From an uncultured Candidatus Saccharibacteria bacterium (GTDB taxonomy: Bacteria > Patescibacteriota > Minisyncoccia > Phycocordibacterales > UBA918): a stretch of 64,000 nucleotides of DNA. The position numbers and the translations under genes were made by a program. How positions within the stretch are numbered: the stretch's first letter is position 1; the number at the start of each line of letters is the position of its first letter. Below are positions 9,364-20,673 of the stretch, piece by piece. Where the stretch lies: the NCBI GenBank assembly GCA_964402035.1, contig CAYOAM010000001.1:307558-371557 (forward strand), read 5' to 3'. A model generated the notes under the pieces. The model worked only from the letters and a program-made list of their open reading frames with translations, was not told where the DNA came from and did no database searches.

Positions 9364-11424
9364 ATGAAGAAGGTCCTTATAGTGATTGCCTTCCTTGGAG
9401 TTTTGCTGCTACTCGGTAGTTATGCCCTCCATCGAGACGGGTTAGCAAAATACCAAGGCCTCGGTTCTGTTGTAACACTTGATCGCTACCTAAAACCGAT
9501 CAGCATCAAGGAAAATGCAAAAGGTCTCTATGTATTTGAGACCGAGTCCATTCCCGTAGCGTTCAAAAAACTCCTGGTACAAAAGGAGGACGCGTACTTT
9601 TACTACCATCCAGGAATAAATCCCATAAGCATGGTGCGTGCACTGACACACTATTTTTTTACAGGACGAATTGGAGGATCAAGCACGCTCACACAGCAAC
9701 TTGCAAAAAATCTCTTGGGTACTGAATCAAACAGGACCATCTACAATAAAGTAAAAGAGACTGCCTACGCGATAAGTCTCGAAATATTTCTTTCAAAAGA
9801 ATCTATTCTCTCGATGTATGCAAACACGGTTTTTTTAGGAAACCAAGTGCAGGGATTTGAAACAGGGAGCTATGCGTATTTTGATAAGCCACTCAAGGAA
9901 ACAACAACAAATGAACAACTTGCGCTACTCGCGACCCTCTCGCACCCAAGCACCAGAAATCCATGGGAAAAAGACAATGCAGTGTACGCCGAAGCTTTAC
10001 ACAAAGAGCTCGCTCCCGATACAACGTTTATACCGGCGAAAGTCACAACCGCGTATGCTTTTCAAACAAAAAGTGCGTTTGAATTGGATTCTGCAGCTAT
10101 CACATGCACATCGACCTGTACGACCACCATCGATCTAAAACTCAATGAGTTTATACGAAATGCGATCCAAAAATATACTGAAACAGAGTCTGCACGTGGT
10201 GCACGCAATGGCGCCGTCGTCGTGATTGATCCAAAAAATTCTGAACTGCTTGCGCTTGTGGGCAGCCCTGACCCAACAAGCACAAAGGACGGCAACCGGA
10301 TCAACATGGCGCTCGCGCCACGCCCTATTGGCTCTACCGTTAAACCTCTCCTCTATCTCAAGGGATTTATGGAAGGATTGCGCCCGTTTACACTTGTTGA
10401 AGATCGCGAATACAAATATCCCATAGCGACTGGTTTTTCACTGTATCCAAAAAACTATGATGGGAAATATCGCGGCACGATCACGCTCCATGAAGCACTG
10501 AGCAACAGTCTCAATGTGCCCTCAGTCAAAGTCCTTGAATATATTGGACTTGAAAAATTCTATGGCTATCTTTCAGAATCATTGCATTTCAAACCAATAC
10601 AGGATTATGACAGTTACCAGTATGGCATCGCACTCGGAGGACTTGAAATGGATCTTCTCTCACTCACCCACTATTTCACGATCTTTCCACGGTACGGTAC
10701 CCGCGCACAGCTCAAAACAATCCTCACTGCTGCAGATCAACCAACACTACCCCCACAATCACACATAGATACGACCGAGATCGTTGCAGATCCTAAATAT
10801 GTTGAACTCGTCAATGCTATTTTGAGTGATCGATTTACCGGTGTTGAGCAGTTTGGACTTGCGAGCAACTTAAACCTGACCACCAAAGAGTACGGTGTAA
10901 AGACAGGCACCTCACGCGATTTTCATGATAGCTGGGTCGTGGGGTATACACCTGATTTTGTCGTAGGTGTCTGGATTGGAAACACTGAAAATGAAGCACT
11001 GGAGCAAGTGAGTGGGCAGTCGGGTGCTGGTGTCGTGTGGCATGAAGTTATGGAGTACCTCCTCGCTTCTCCCTACCACACAGACACGACGTTTATTACC
11101 AAGGATATTGTAAGTGTACCCATTGGCAATTCAAATCAATGGGGTCTTGCCGGTGACAAAATCGCAACGATACAGAGCCTGCTTCAAAAAAATAATCTTA
11201 TCCTGAGTGTGCACGATGGCGATACATTTGAATTTACAAACGACACCACCATCCCACTGCGCGCGCGCAACCGCGTCTCGTGGACAGCAAATGGTAAGCC
11301 ACTTGGTGAAGGCGAAGAAGTGTTTTTCAAACCAACAGCCGCCGGCAACTATGAAATCACTGCTACTGATCCGCTCTTAGGCAATCGAGAGATTCTGCTT
11401 ATCAAGGTAGTTTCGCGAGACTAG
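9364..11424 (+). CDS. pbpC: Penicillin-binding protein 1C (bifunctional transglycosylase/transpeptidase)
   Basis: EDAYFYYHPG and GSSTLTQQLAK (transglycosylase); STVK, SLN, KTG (transpeptidase); C-terminal Ig-like domain; near alpha-2-macroglobulin. Confidence 0.85.
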   Translation: MKKVLIVIAFLGVLLLLGSYALHRDGLAKYQGLGSVVTLDRYLKPISIKENAKGLYVFETESIPVAFKKLLVQKEDAYFYYHPGINPISMVRALTHYFFTGRIGGSSTLTQQLAKNLLGTESNRTIYNKVKETAYAISLEIFLSKESILSMYANTVFLGNQVQGFETGSYAYFDKPLKETTTNEQLALLATLSHPSTRNPWEKDNAVYAEALHKELAPDTTFIPAKVTTAYAFQTKSAFELDSAAITCTSTCTTTIDLKLNEFIRNAIQKYTETESARGARNGAVVVIDPKNSELLALVGSPDPTSTKDGNRINMALAPRPIGSTVKPLLYLKGFMEGLRPFTLVEDREYKYPIATGFSLYPKNYDGKYRGTITLHEALSNSLNVPSVKVLEYIGLEKFYGYLSESLHFKPIQDYDSYQYGIALGGLEMDLLSLTHYFTIFPRYGTRAQLKTILTAADQPTLPPQSHIDTTEIVADPKYVELVNAILSDRFTGVEQFGLASNLNLTTKEYGVKTGTSRDFHDSWVVGYTPDFVVGVWIGNTENEALEQVSGQSGAGVVWHEVMEYLLASPYHTDTTFITKDIVSVPIGNSNQWGLAGDKIATIQSLLQKNNLILSVHDGDTFEFTNDTTIPLRARNRVSWTANGKPLGEGEEVFFKPTAAGNYEITATDPLLGNREILLIKVVSRD

Positions 11425-11492
11425 GCATTTTGACAACAGATCTCGTGTCATGTATAAGCCTAAGAGATCAATCACCGTCATAGTGAGGACAC

Positions 11493-12017
11493 ATGCGACA
11501 GAGAGACCTTGAGAAGGACATTTTAGTCCGCTTATGGGATGAAATCCTATTCAGAAAATACGGACCAGACTTCAAGAGAAAGGACCCGACGCGCTTTGAA
11601 GATCCAGAAGCCGATACATTTCTATGGCTCCTGCGCCTGACCTTCTACAGTTTTAGTTGGGGTCAGAGAATGGCGACTGTCGACCCAAAGCTGATTGAGG
11701 GTCTGGCAATGTATGCCGGCGAACTGCACAGTGACCATCCGCAAGTTGGAGGTCCATTTGGAAATCGCTCCAACGACATTGTCTTCGGGATGTACAAGGG
11801 GTTAGTCAGCACTTTCCGACATGCCATTGAAAGTGGTACGGCAACATACCGAAAGGACGGTCATGTGTGGTTTGGAGGATTTGAAATTCCGAATTGGTTT
11901 GTCGATGAGTGCACAGACAAACTACACACAAAGGCGGATGATCTCGACAAGCTTTGGAAGGATAGTGCCCCTCGCGAAAGATACATTCAGCGTCGCAGAA
12001 AACTCAGAACTTCATAA
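11493..12017 (+). CDS. Hypothetical protein
   Basis: 174-aa ORF with SD-like GAGG and a terminator at ~12019-12049. Confidence 0.65.
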   Translation: MRQRDLEKDILVRLWDEILFRKYGPDFKRKDPTRFEDPEADTFLWLLRLTFYSFSWGQRMATVDPKLIEGLAMYAGELHSDHPQVGGPFGNRSNDIVFGMYKGLVSTFRHAIESGTATYRKDGHVWFGGFEIPNWFVDECTDKLHTKADDLDKLWKDSAPRERYIQRRRKLRTS

Positions 12018-12142
12018 TACCTCCACACACCTGTGTGTGAGGTTTTTTTACATCTCGTGTCAAAGCATGATTCTGCAACTCCTAAGTACTAACTCAAGCC
12101 TGGTTAGACAAGAGTTAGTTTATCTTTCAACTTCCTACCAAC

Positions 12143-13780
12143 TCAAAATTGTAGTGCAAGAAATCGCTTATCACGTATGGACTGCACATATCCCGCCTCA
12201 ACCGCCTTCTGTACATAGAGGTCTGATTGTTTTTTATCTCCTAGGCGATGATAGATACGAGCGAGTACCATATAATTTTCTTTTGCATCAAAATTATCAA
12301 ACTTCTTTTTAAGTTTTTCTGCATCAGCAGTGCGTCCAAGCAACATATAGGTTGCATACAGATTTTGTAGGTTGGAATCATCGACTAGTCCTTTTACTAA
12401 TTTTTGATTAACTTCAAGAGCCTTTTCTAAATCGCGTGTCTGGGCTGTGACTACATTAAGTCCGAGCAGAAACCAACCATACTGATTGAGTACAGCGTCG
12501 TTTTTTGGATCTACTTTGAGCGCAAGTTCAAAGTATTCTTTCACCTTAGCAACATTACCTAATTCCCACTCTGCATTCGCAAGCGAAAGGTACTGATCAA
12601 CACTTTTTTTCTTTGAAGCAGCTGCTGCTTTTTTATAGTACGCCGCAGCCTGTGCTGCATCGTCCAGTGCCCCGTAAGCGTCTCCAATAGAGTAACTTAG
12701 ATACGCCTTATCAGCCTTCTTTGCCTTTTTATACGCACTCAATAGCTCTTTGAGGCGCGCGGCTGGATCTTGAGTATCTAGGTCAACCTGAAGATTTAAA
12801 TCCAATGCATCGACTGCGTCTGCAAAAGATATAGTGGACTTCGGCGCAACAACCGTCATCTTGACTCCATAATCTTTAAGCGAGATGTCTGTGTACGTGA
12901 ATACAGTCTCCTTACGCTTTTCAAATGGTGGAATAACCATAACATCGACCATTCGGACCGGTAGTTTTGTAACGTTATCAAACCACAAAGAAACATAAGA
13001 ACGATCCGTTATTTTATCTACAAACTCATTATTTTTGATGCCACTTTCAAAACCTTCAATAGAAAAAACAGTGACTTCATTATCCCCTGGCATTTCGGCA
13101 ATAGTCTTCTTTAGCTCTTTAAAATAAGCTGCAAATACATCTGATCTATAAATCAGGTCATACCGTGTTGCATTCTCTACAACAATGGAATCTCCGACAT
13201 CACCGTCAAAAAACTGGAACAACCCAAGTTTTCGCGCAAGTGCTGCAGAAGCATCAAATGCTGCTATAGGGTTTGGGTCATCATTTTTTGTTAATGCAAT
13301 ATCAAATAGTTCTTCAAGCTCTAGTGCTTCAGCAAAATCGGTAGCACGTACTGCGGGGACCTCGATCCACTTATTTTTTACTGACTTGATACGCGTTTCA
13401 GGAAAGCGAATATACACTGTTTCTCCTTTTGTTATGAAGTCTAGTTTGTATTCTGTTCCTCGCTTAGAAGTACCAAGTTGCAAGGAGGTGACTACATCTG
13501 ATTCAACATACGTCGTACTTGCGTGCGTCGGCACGATATTCCCTTTCAAAGCATAATTGACATAGTACGCAGGGTACTTGTCCAGTGCACTTTTCTTATG
13601 CAATTCTAAAGCTGAACGCAAGTCGAGTGTAACGCTCGTATCCTCATCTACTGAATCAAAAAAATAAGTGTGGAGCGCATTAGGTGCCATGGAATCCAAG
13701 TCCTCATTTGCCTGCACTGTTGGAGCATTAAGGACAGCGAAAAACCCTAAAATCAGAATCGTTATTATTGTCTGTATCAT
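12143..13780 (-). CDS. Secreted protein with C-terminal tetratricopeptide repeats
   Basis: Signal peptide; TPR-like segments (YFELALKVDPKNDAVLNQYG). Confidence 0.75.
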   Translation of the reverse strand: MIQTIITILILGFFAVLNAPTVQANEDLDSMAPNALHTYFFDSVDEDTSVTLDLRSALELHKKSALDKYPAYYVNYALKGNIVPTHASTTYVESDVVTSLQLGTSKRGTEYKLDFITKGETVYIRFPETRIKSVKNKWIEVPAVRATDFAEALELEELFDIALTKNDDPNPIAAFDASAALARKLGLFQFFDGDVGDSIVVENATRYDLIYRSDVFAAYFKELKKTIAEMPGDNEVTVFSIEGFESGIKNNEFVDKITDRSYVSLWFDNVTKLPVRMVDVMVIPPFEKRKETVFTYTDISLKDYGVKMTVVAPKSTISFADAVDALDLNLQVDLDTQDPAARLKELLSAYKKAKKADKAYLSYSIGDAYGALDDAAQAAAYYKKAAAASKKKSVDQYLSLANAEWELGNVAKVKEYFELALKVDPKNDAVLNQYGWFLLGLNVVTAQTRDLEKALEVNQKLVKGLVDDSNLQNLYATYMLLGRTADAEKLKKKFDNFDAKENYMVLARIYHRLGDKKQSDLYVQKAVEAGYVQSIRDKRFLALQF

Positions 13781-13914
13781 AAATATACGAGGTAAACTAT
13801 AATAATTTTAGTGTACCACAAAAACAATCCCAGATTAATACGGCCACCTACTGATCGTGATGGCCCTCTTTTTTCTGCTTATTTCGAAAATTTGAAGTCA
13901 TGGAGTCAGTGAGA

Positions 13915-13933
13915 AATGGCGTCAGCCACCATT
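13915..13933 (+). repeat. REP-like junction motif copy (AATGGCGTCAGCCACCATT) preceded by truncated copies
   Basis: 18/19 identical to the reverse complement of 22345-22363; upstream partial copies TGAAGTCA and TGGAGTCAG at ~13893-13909. Confidence 0.65.
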
Positions 13934-13951
13934 TCCTATGCGATAATATCC

Positions 13952-16900
13952 CTACTCGGTGATAGTAAACGTCGCGCCTTCGGTGCGGCCAAAGACTTCA
14001 GGGAAATAGAGCTCCTCGGCGCGAGCTGGCATGTGTTGGAAGGTACCCGGCACCAATGCTCGCAAGAAGTATTCGTATTCATAGACGCCAGGCGAGAGAG
14101 TGTCTATGTAGAGAAATACACGGTCATCGTGCGACTCCACATGCGATGGCCAAAGTTTTCGCGCAACTTTTTTGTATTCACCACCGAGATCACGAATGGC
14201 TCCAAAAATCTGCGCCGTCTGAGGACTAGTAAATGTACTTTCAATGCGATCAAAAGCACGGATGAACATGTTGTCGGGCGGCACGACATATCCCATCGCA
14301 TCGTTATCATATCCTTTTTGACCTTCACCATACTCTCCATCCTGGTTTTGCAACGACTGGTCTTCGGTATTAAGATTGAAGTTTACGATTTCAAAACCTG
14401 CAGGGATAATGTCTTCCACCGCTATATGACTATATACGCCAGGAATTGAAAGTGTGATTTTGCCACGGACAATGTCACCCACCTGTGCGCTCGACACCGG
14501 AGTACTATTTTTGGTGTTGGCCGCATCATAGGCGTATAAATCGCGTGTGATCGTGATACCCTCATCGCGCGGCGGCAGTGACTCAACCGGCAAGAAGTAC
14601 TTGAGCGCCATGTCATAGTAGAAATTGTTTTTCTGTTCATTGCGCTTGGTTCGTTCAAACGTGAGGGGCAACAATTTTTCACGCTCAAAAGAATCTATCG
14701 ATATGACGTGTGTAAAGGTTTCCCAAATATTTTTTGGTGTGAAATTGTGGACAAAAATCTCTGCGCCATCAAGCAAACCGCGCAGTGAAAATTCTGACTC
14801 ACTTTCATGTTGCCATTTGAGATAATCAACCATCGCATCGACGACAACAAAGGTGTTGTGTGTGCCGCCCCACACACCGTCTTTGTCTCTGCCGGCCAAT
14901 ATCCAACGCAAGATATTTCCTATCATTGGATGTTCGTCATCGTGCACCACCAGTGCCTTGAGCAAGAGTGCAGTGTCAGTAATCGCTGTCTGGCTCACAC
15001 CCCAACTCTCAAATTGAACTGGATTTTTTAGATACGCACCGCGACCATCGATATCAATGCGACCAAGCAGTGCCGTATATACTTTTGATACTTCACTGCG
15101 CGTGTACGAATCATAGGTAAGGATCGCAAGATATGTCAGTGATTTGCTACTAATGCGCTCTTGTATGTACGGTGTATCGGCAATAAACGTTTTTATATAT
15201 TGCGTAAGTGCAGTGTCCGTACCTCGAGCACGTCGCACGACATACTCGGCAAATATCACCGTATCCTTATGCGTATCATCGGGATACATTCGATATGCAT
15301 CTGCTGCATGCATCTCAATATACGTGAGCGCATTATCAAGGACGCCATCACGTATGGTGTAACCAGCATCCTGCAGATTGAGTAAGGTCAGAGCAACATG
15401 TGTCGTCAAGAAAAGGTCAGGCTCCATACCTTTGTAATATGCAAATCCTCCATCAAATGTCTGGACTTCATATATGCGTGATAGTCCTTGAGCGACTACC
15501 GTATCAACGTCATAGCGCACACCTTCGTATTCAATATTTTCAAAACTGCCTACTACGTTTGGAACCTTGAGCGCTGACTTGAGTGTCGCAATAGTTGAGA
15601 GCGCACTCGCAAGCTGCTCCCCACATCCATACGGATACGTGACCATGTAGTTGAGTGCATCAGTCAAAAATACTGCCATGGTGGCATTTGCATGGATGGT
15701 GAGACCTCCTTCATTTGAGATCACTTCTTTTGGAATATAGATATACTCTGTTGCTGTATCTGCACTCGTGAAGTTTGCAGTGGCGACGGTTTCAAACGTC
15801 GTATTTGGCGTAATAGATATAGACTGCTCAACACTATCTTCAAATGTGCCATCCTTTGCCGTAAAGGTAAAGATATGTTCACCTGCTTTTTTATTCTTTG
15901 GTGCACGCACATCAAAGTAGACCGTTTTTGATTCTCCTGCAGCAATTTTAACGGCATCAGTTTTGTCCCCTAAAAATTCAAGAGACGTACTGTCAAGCTG
16001 TACATCGACGGTTGTTGCATGATCAGTTTGATTGAAGACTTGTGCACCAAGTGAGAAGGTATCACCCGGCACCACAAATCGTGGCTTCAATGGCACCGCC
16101 ATTAGATCTTTCTTGGTCGTAAATTCTTTGTAGTCAACACCAAGTTTCGTGTCTTTGGTGACGCCCAAGGATTCTATTTGCCAGGTTGTGAGATTGTCAG
16201 GTAGCGTAAACTTCACCGTACCTTTTCCGTTTTCATCCGTGATCACCGAGGCTTCCCAGTATGCCGTATCCTTGAAGAGACCTCGTTTCTTTTTTGAGAG
16301 ATCATCGGGATTTGCGCCACCACCACCTTTTGTTCCAAGCGGTATCGCCACTTCATAGAGAATGTTTTTGAGGTTACTTGCTGTTGAAACCGACAGTGGA
16401 AAACCATCATAGAAAAATACCAATGGATTCTTTTTTGGATTTCCTTTGAGTGCCAAGACCGAGAGATCAGCAACAGCAAGCGACACCTCAGCAGAGACTG
16501 GATTTCCTAGATTGTCCTTTGTTTCGACAGAAAGCACCACGTCTTCTCCAGGTAGGTAGGTCGTTTTATTGGACGATACGGCGACGTCGAGTGCGTGCTC
16601 TTTGACACCGACGTCATAGCGGACACTTCCAAACTTTACCTCCGGATTTGGAGAAATAAGCAGTGCAGCAACATACATGTTGGGAGCATAGCTGCTTTTT
16701 ACCGGGAAACTGTGTTTGTATAGTCCACCAACTACGTCTGCAATCCAGTAATCATAGACGGTACCGCGCTCCGCAGTGATCAACACCTTTGCTTTCTCAT
16801 ACGGAGATTTAATCAATAGTGTCGCGGTGTCGCCAACATCCACAGAAGTTTTTTCAACTTCAAGATCAAGTTCATAACTATTGTTTGGTGGCGCCGCTAC

Positions 16901-19900
16901 CGCTTGTGACCCATAAATGTACATGTGCGCAGTCGTCTCGATGTCTCGACCTCCTGCATCTTTTCCTGAAATACGTATTTCGTACTCACCTTCCTCAGCA
17001 AAAGATAGCGACCCACTCCAATTGCCATCCTTGTCAGTCCGTATATTTTCAGAATTAATATCTTTGAAACGTTTTTCCGATCGATAGTAGAAGCCACCAT
17101 CCACTTCCTGTCGCTTGAATGTTTCCCAGTTGATTTGACGCACAGTGCGCGTGAGGTTGGATACGGCAAGCGGCGCACCCTGTGTGTCCACTGTTTTTAT
17201 GCGAAGTGTTGTTGGTGTATTTTTGCTCGTATAATAATCATCGGTTTTTGCTCCAATATAAAAATCTCCTTTATGTACAATAAATGACTTCTGCGTGGAC
17301 ACCGACCGTCCGTTGATATCCCGCACGGTTATCGAGACCGTGATGAGCTTGCTGCCGACAACATCATCGCTACTAAAATACGACATCAAATCAAGTTGCC
17401 GTTCGATTGTTGCCTTCCCCGCTTCATCAAGCGTCGTTTCACCACGAAATAGGAAATTGTCGCCATACCCACACTCATAGCAGTAGTACCATCCACCGCC
17501 AAAATTGAAATACTCGTCAGTGTAGCGATCAAAATAATAATCTTGTGCCGTGACCGAGTACGACACCTTGCCTTCTGAGAGTGCGGTACCAAAATAGTAC
17601 TCTGCCGCAACATCAATGTGCATCGTATCGCGATCGACATACTCCTCCTTGGAGGCCTTTGCATCAATAGCAAAGGCGGACGGGACATACTCCTCAACAT
17701 CAAACCAGCCGTATGCGTCGAGACCTGAAATCGTGTAGGTGCCGAGTGGTGCATCGTCGGGCAAGGTAAACGACGTGTTAAATGTACCAAATGCACTCAT
17801 AACGAGCGGCACCTGATAGACCGTTTCTCCTAGAGCATTTCTCACCTCGAGGTTTACGTTGCCTTTGTTCCATATTTCATAACTACCGTCAAAGCCAATA
17901 CGATCAATACCACGGATATAGACCGTATGTCCGGGTCGATATATTGGTCGATCGGTATAGACATAAGTGCGCGAAGCGTTGCCTGCAGCACCACTGTATT
18001 GCAATTGATCTGCCCAATCGGTCACGATAGCGCTATCAGTCCCCCGTCGCACGACCACACCTGCAACGTTTGTGTCACTTACGACACGCGCAACACCTGA
18101 CGGATCGGTAGCGCCCACTGAACCTTTGGTAAACGCTGTATTATACCCACCGGCATACTGGTCGACGCTTGCTCCGACAACAGGATTCATTGACTTACTT
18201 TCCGTCACCCAATAGAGGTTACGTGCACGTTCAATATTTTTGTCACGCACAATATTTCTCTGTGCGTACTGACTTTGATCATTGCTCTCATATCTCGGTT
18301 CATATCGTTCGATTTCTTTCTTCCCAACAACGAGGTTGGTGACACTCACATAGGTGCGATCATATTGCGGTTTGCGCAACGTTCCTGACTGCATGTATGC
18401 ATTCATCGTCAAGAGTGGATGGCTAAAGGTCACCACATAGTGACCACGCACATCGGCAAAATAGTCCGCAAGATGTATTTGAAAATAATTGTTCACCCAA
18501 TAACGCTTTGGTAGTGGAATTTGAACACTCTTATCTTCTAGACACCCAACACCACTCGGTGGTGTAGTCCCAAGGTCATTTTGCATCGCGATCAGAGTGC
18601 TTTCCAAAAATGCCTCAGGTGACATGCGGCATACGTTCATGTTGACGTACTCCATGTTCTCCGTCGCATACGTCAACGTTGTTTTATCAGGCGTCGTGAC
18701 GTTGTATTGAGGCTGCATGTTGTGGAAGCGTACATACGATTCCTTTGCTGCTTCTGTTTTAAACGACAGGTCTACTGATGCTCGTGCATCAAATACATCT
18801 GTGAGCGTTAGGTTTACCGTGTACTTAGTCTCTGGCAATAGACCGTATCGGATGTTTGTTTCAAATTCTCCGGCACCACACTTGTAGTATGGACTTGCTT
18901 CGCTCACAAACTGTGAATTCGACCAACGACCAAACACTATGTAGTCACTCGCCTTTACATACGAGGAGAGCCCCTGCTCACTCGGATCCTTAATAGGTGC
19001 ATTGGTACAGATATACATGCCATCGAGCGGCGCGCCCGACGCTCCCTGCGCTGGCAATGTCCGCAAAATATTGAACGTTGGATAGGAATGAAGTGGTACT
19101 TTGATCGGTTCTTGATTGACGCGCAGACCATCAGTCGTCATCAAGCGCTCGAGATTGAGATCAAATGAAAGATCGCGTGCGATTTTTTCAGGATCAAATG
19201 AAAAGATAAGAGTCCTGGTATCTGGCTCTTTTTCACATTCAGAGCCGAGCATGATGGTCTCATTGTTTTGATCGACTTTGCAGCGATCCGCATACGCAAC
19301 AGAACGCAGGCCCGTTGCATACATGCGCGACTGATCTTTATCTATGTTTTCAAAAAAAGTGAGCACCAATGTCCCCTGCGGATCAAGAAAATCGGGTCGT
19401 GCAAGTGATGTACGATCTGATTCTGCACGCACACCTGCAACCACACTCGGAACTGCTATACGTTGCTGCCTCACTTCAGCAAGGTTTTGATTGCCGGCAA
19501 GCGGTACCGCACCTTCGATTGAAAACTCATACGCTGTTTCAAAATCCCATACATTTTTGCGTCCATGCCGATCTGCTTTTGCGCGTACAAATACCTTGCT
19601 GCGATCCACCTCGGTCACTGATTTCTTGAGTTTGGTATCGTAGCGTGTTTGCTCACCGTACGTGACATTGACCGGGACGGTATCACCTGCTGCATTGCGA
19701 ACCATAACTGCTTCTGCAGTCTTTTCCAAATCGACCGATTGATTGAAATCGACAATGATGGGTGATCGATACCCCACAATGCCTTCTGAAACAGATACGT
19801 AGCGCAATGGTCGCGTGGTAAACGTATGTGTTGTCGGCGCGACAGCAAGCCCATCGACTGACGTCAAACCTTCCCCTATGTCGACGGTGTATGAAGACGA

Positions 19901-20620
19901 AGGGATCAAGGTCGTCTCCGGAATAAATTGCAAGTTGCGCGTGCTAATCCATTTAAAATGTCCTGGTGTCTCGGGAGTGATCGTGATCGGAATTTCTTTT
20001 AGCTCCTGCTCACTGAGAGTAGTGAGCGGCACCATTGGTCGATTGAATAGTATCGTGATCTCGGTATCTTCGTGAGATTCACCCTCGGTCGCGGGCAAGA
20101 TGGCGAGTACTTTTGGATCTTCATCAACATAAAAATCTCCGGACATTTCGAGTGCATCCGCTTTGAGATTGACCGCATAGTACGTACCAGTTTTCAGCGG
20201 ATCGGCTGGATCAAAATAGATCATCCCTTCCTCGGTATCAGTAGTCCATGTGCCCTTCACTTCAGGACTAAAGGAGATGCTTGCTTGCGCAACAGCGTCA
20301 GAGACACCGTTAGGTACCTTGACTGGTATGGTTGCGCTCTGTGATATTTTTTCCGGCACAAAAGCAAATACTGTGGAGTATTTTTTTATTGCCACCGCCT
20401 CTTGTCGCTCATGGAGCGCCAATCCCAAAATAGCTATAGCGACGAGTGCAGCAATGCTCGTCATGAGATAGGTGTGTGTATTGAAGTACGACACAAATCG
20501 TTCTTGCACAGTTGGTGTAGCAGTGTTTATCGGGACCGTAGGTATCGGCGTAGAAGAAACCACTTCATTGGGTACAATGTCCGTCGTTGGTTTTGCTACT
20601 ATCCCCTCTTTTTCCTCCAT
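13952..20620 (-). CDS. Bacterial alpha-2-macroglobulin with N-terminal membrane anchor and Ig-like domains
   Basis: YTDRPIYRPG (MG2), LPDNLTTW, thioester motif YPYGCGEQ, C-terminal PARAEELYFPEVFGR. Confidence 0.95.
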   Translation of the reverse strand: MEEKEGIVAKPTTDIVPNEVVSSTPIPTVPINTATPTVQERFVSYFNTHTYLMTSIAALVAIAILGLALHERQEAVAIKKYSTVFAFVPEKISQSATIPVKVPNGVSDAVAQASISFSPEVKGTWTTDTEEGMIYFDPADPLKTGTYYAVNLKADALEMSGDFYVDEDPKVLAILPATEGESHEDTEITILFNRPMVPLTTLSEQELKEIPITITPETPGHFKWISTRNLQFIPETTLIPSSSYTVDIGEGLTSVDGLAVAPTTHTFTTRPLRYVSVSEGIVGYRSPIIVDFNQSVDLEKTAEAVMVRNAAGDTVPVNVTYGEQTRYDTKLKKSVTEVDRSKVFVRAKADRHGRKNVWDFETAYEFSIEGAVPLAGNQNLAEVRQQRIAVPSVVAGVRAESDRTSLARPDFLDPQGTLVLTFFENIDKDQSRMYATGLRSVAYADRCKVDQNNETIMLGSECEKEPDTRTLIFSFDPEKIARDLSFDLNLERLMTTDGLRVNQEPIKVPLHSYPTFNILRTLPAQGASGAPLDGMYICTNAPIKDPSEQGLSSYVKASDYIVFGRWSNSQFVSEASPYYKCGAGEFETNIRYGLLPETKYTVNLTLTDVFDARASVDLSFKTEAAKESYVRFHNMQPQYNVTTPDKTTLTYATENMEYVNMNVCRMSPEAFLESTLIAMQNDLGTTPPSGVGCLEDKSVQIPLPKRYWVNNYFQIHLADYFADVRGHYVVTFSHPLLTMNAYMQSGTLRKPQYDRTYVSVTNLVVGKKEIERYEPRYESNDQSQYAQRNIVRDKNIERARNLYWVTESKSMNPVVGASVDQYAGGYNTAFTKGSVGATDPSGVARVVSDTNVAGVVVRRGTDSAIVTDWADQLQYSGAAGNASRTYVYTDRPIYRPGHTVYIRGIDRIGFDGSYEIWNKGNVNLEVRNALGETVYQVPLVMSAFGTFNTSFTLPDDAPLGTYTISGLDAYGWFDVEEYVPSAFAIDAKASKEEYVDRDTMHIDVAAEYYFGTALSEGKVSYSVTAQDYYFDRYTDEYFNFGGGWYYCYECGYGDNFLFRGETTLDEAGKATIERQLDLMSYFSSDDVVGSKLITVSITVRDINGRSVSTQKSFIVHKGDFYIGAKTDDYYTSKNTPTTLRIKTVDTQGAPLAVSNLTRTVRQINWETFKRQEVDGGFYYRSEKRFKDINSENIRTDKDGNWSGSLSFAEEGEYEIRISGKDAGGRDIETTAHMYIYGSQAVAAPPNNSYELDLEVEKTSVDVGDTATLLIKSPYEKAKVLITAERGTVYDYWIADVVGGLYKHSFPVKSSYAPNMYVAALLISPNPEVKFGSVRYDVGVKEHALDVAVSSNKTTYLPGEDVVLSVETKDNLGNPVSAEVSLAVADLSVLALKGNPKKNPLVFFYDGFPLSVSTASNLKNILYEVAIPLGTKGGGGANPDDLSKKKRGLFKDTAYWEASVITDENGKGTVKFTLPDNLTTWQIESLGVTKDTKLGVDYKEFTTKKDLMAVPLKPRFVVPGDTFSLGAQVFNQTDHATTVDVQLDSTSLEFLGDKTDAVKIAAGESKTVYFDVRAPKNKKAGEHIFTFTAKDGTFEDSVEQSISITPNTTFETVATANFTSADTATEYIYIPKEVISNEGGLTIHANATMAVFLTDALNYMVTYPYGCGEQLASALSTIATLKSALKVPNVVGSFENIEYEGVRYDVDTVVAQGLSRIYEVQTFDGGFAYYKGMEPDLFLTTHVALTLLNLQDAGYTIRDGVLDNALTYIEMHAADAYRMYPDDTHKDTVIFAEYVVRRARGTDTALTQYIKTFIADTPYIQERISSKSLTYLAILTYDSYTRSEVSKVYTALLGRIDIDGRGAYLKNPVQFESWGVSQTAITDTALLLKALVVHDDEHPMIGNILRWILAGRDKDGVWGGTHNTFVVVDAMVDYLKWQHESESEFSLRGLLDGAEIFVHNFTPKNIWETFTHVISIDSFEREKLLPLTFERTKRNEQKNNFYYDMALKYFLPVESLPPRDEGITITRDLYAYDAANTKNSTPVSSAQVGDIVRGKITLSIPGVYSHIAVEDIIPAGFEIVNFNLNTEDQSLQNQDGEYGEGQKGYDNDAMGYVVPPDNMFIRAFDRIESTFTSPQTAQIFGAIRDLGGEYKKVARKLWPSHVESHDDRVFLYIDTLSPGVYEYEYFLRALVPGTFQHMPARAEELYFPEVFGRTEGATFTITE

Positions 20621-20673
20621 AGTTTTCTTTGTCTCCTTAGTATAGCACCGTGCTTACAAAGACACATGCACAT

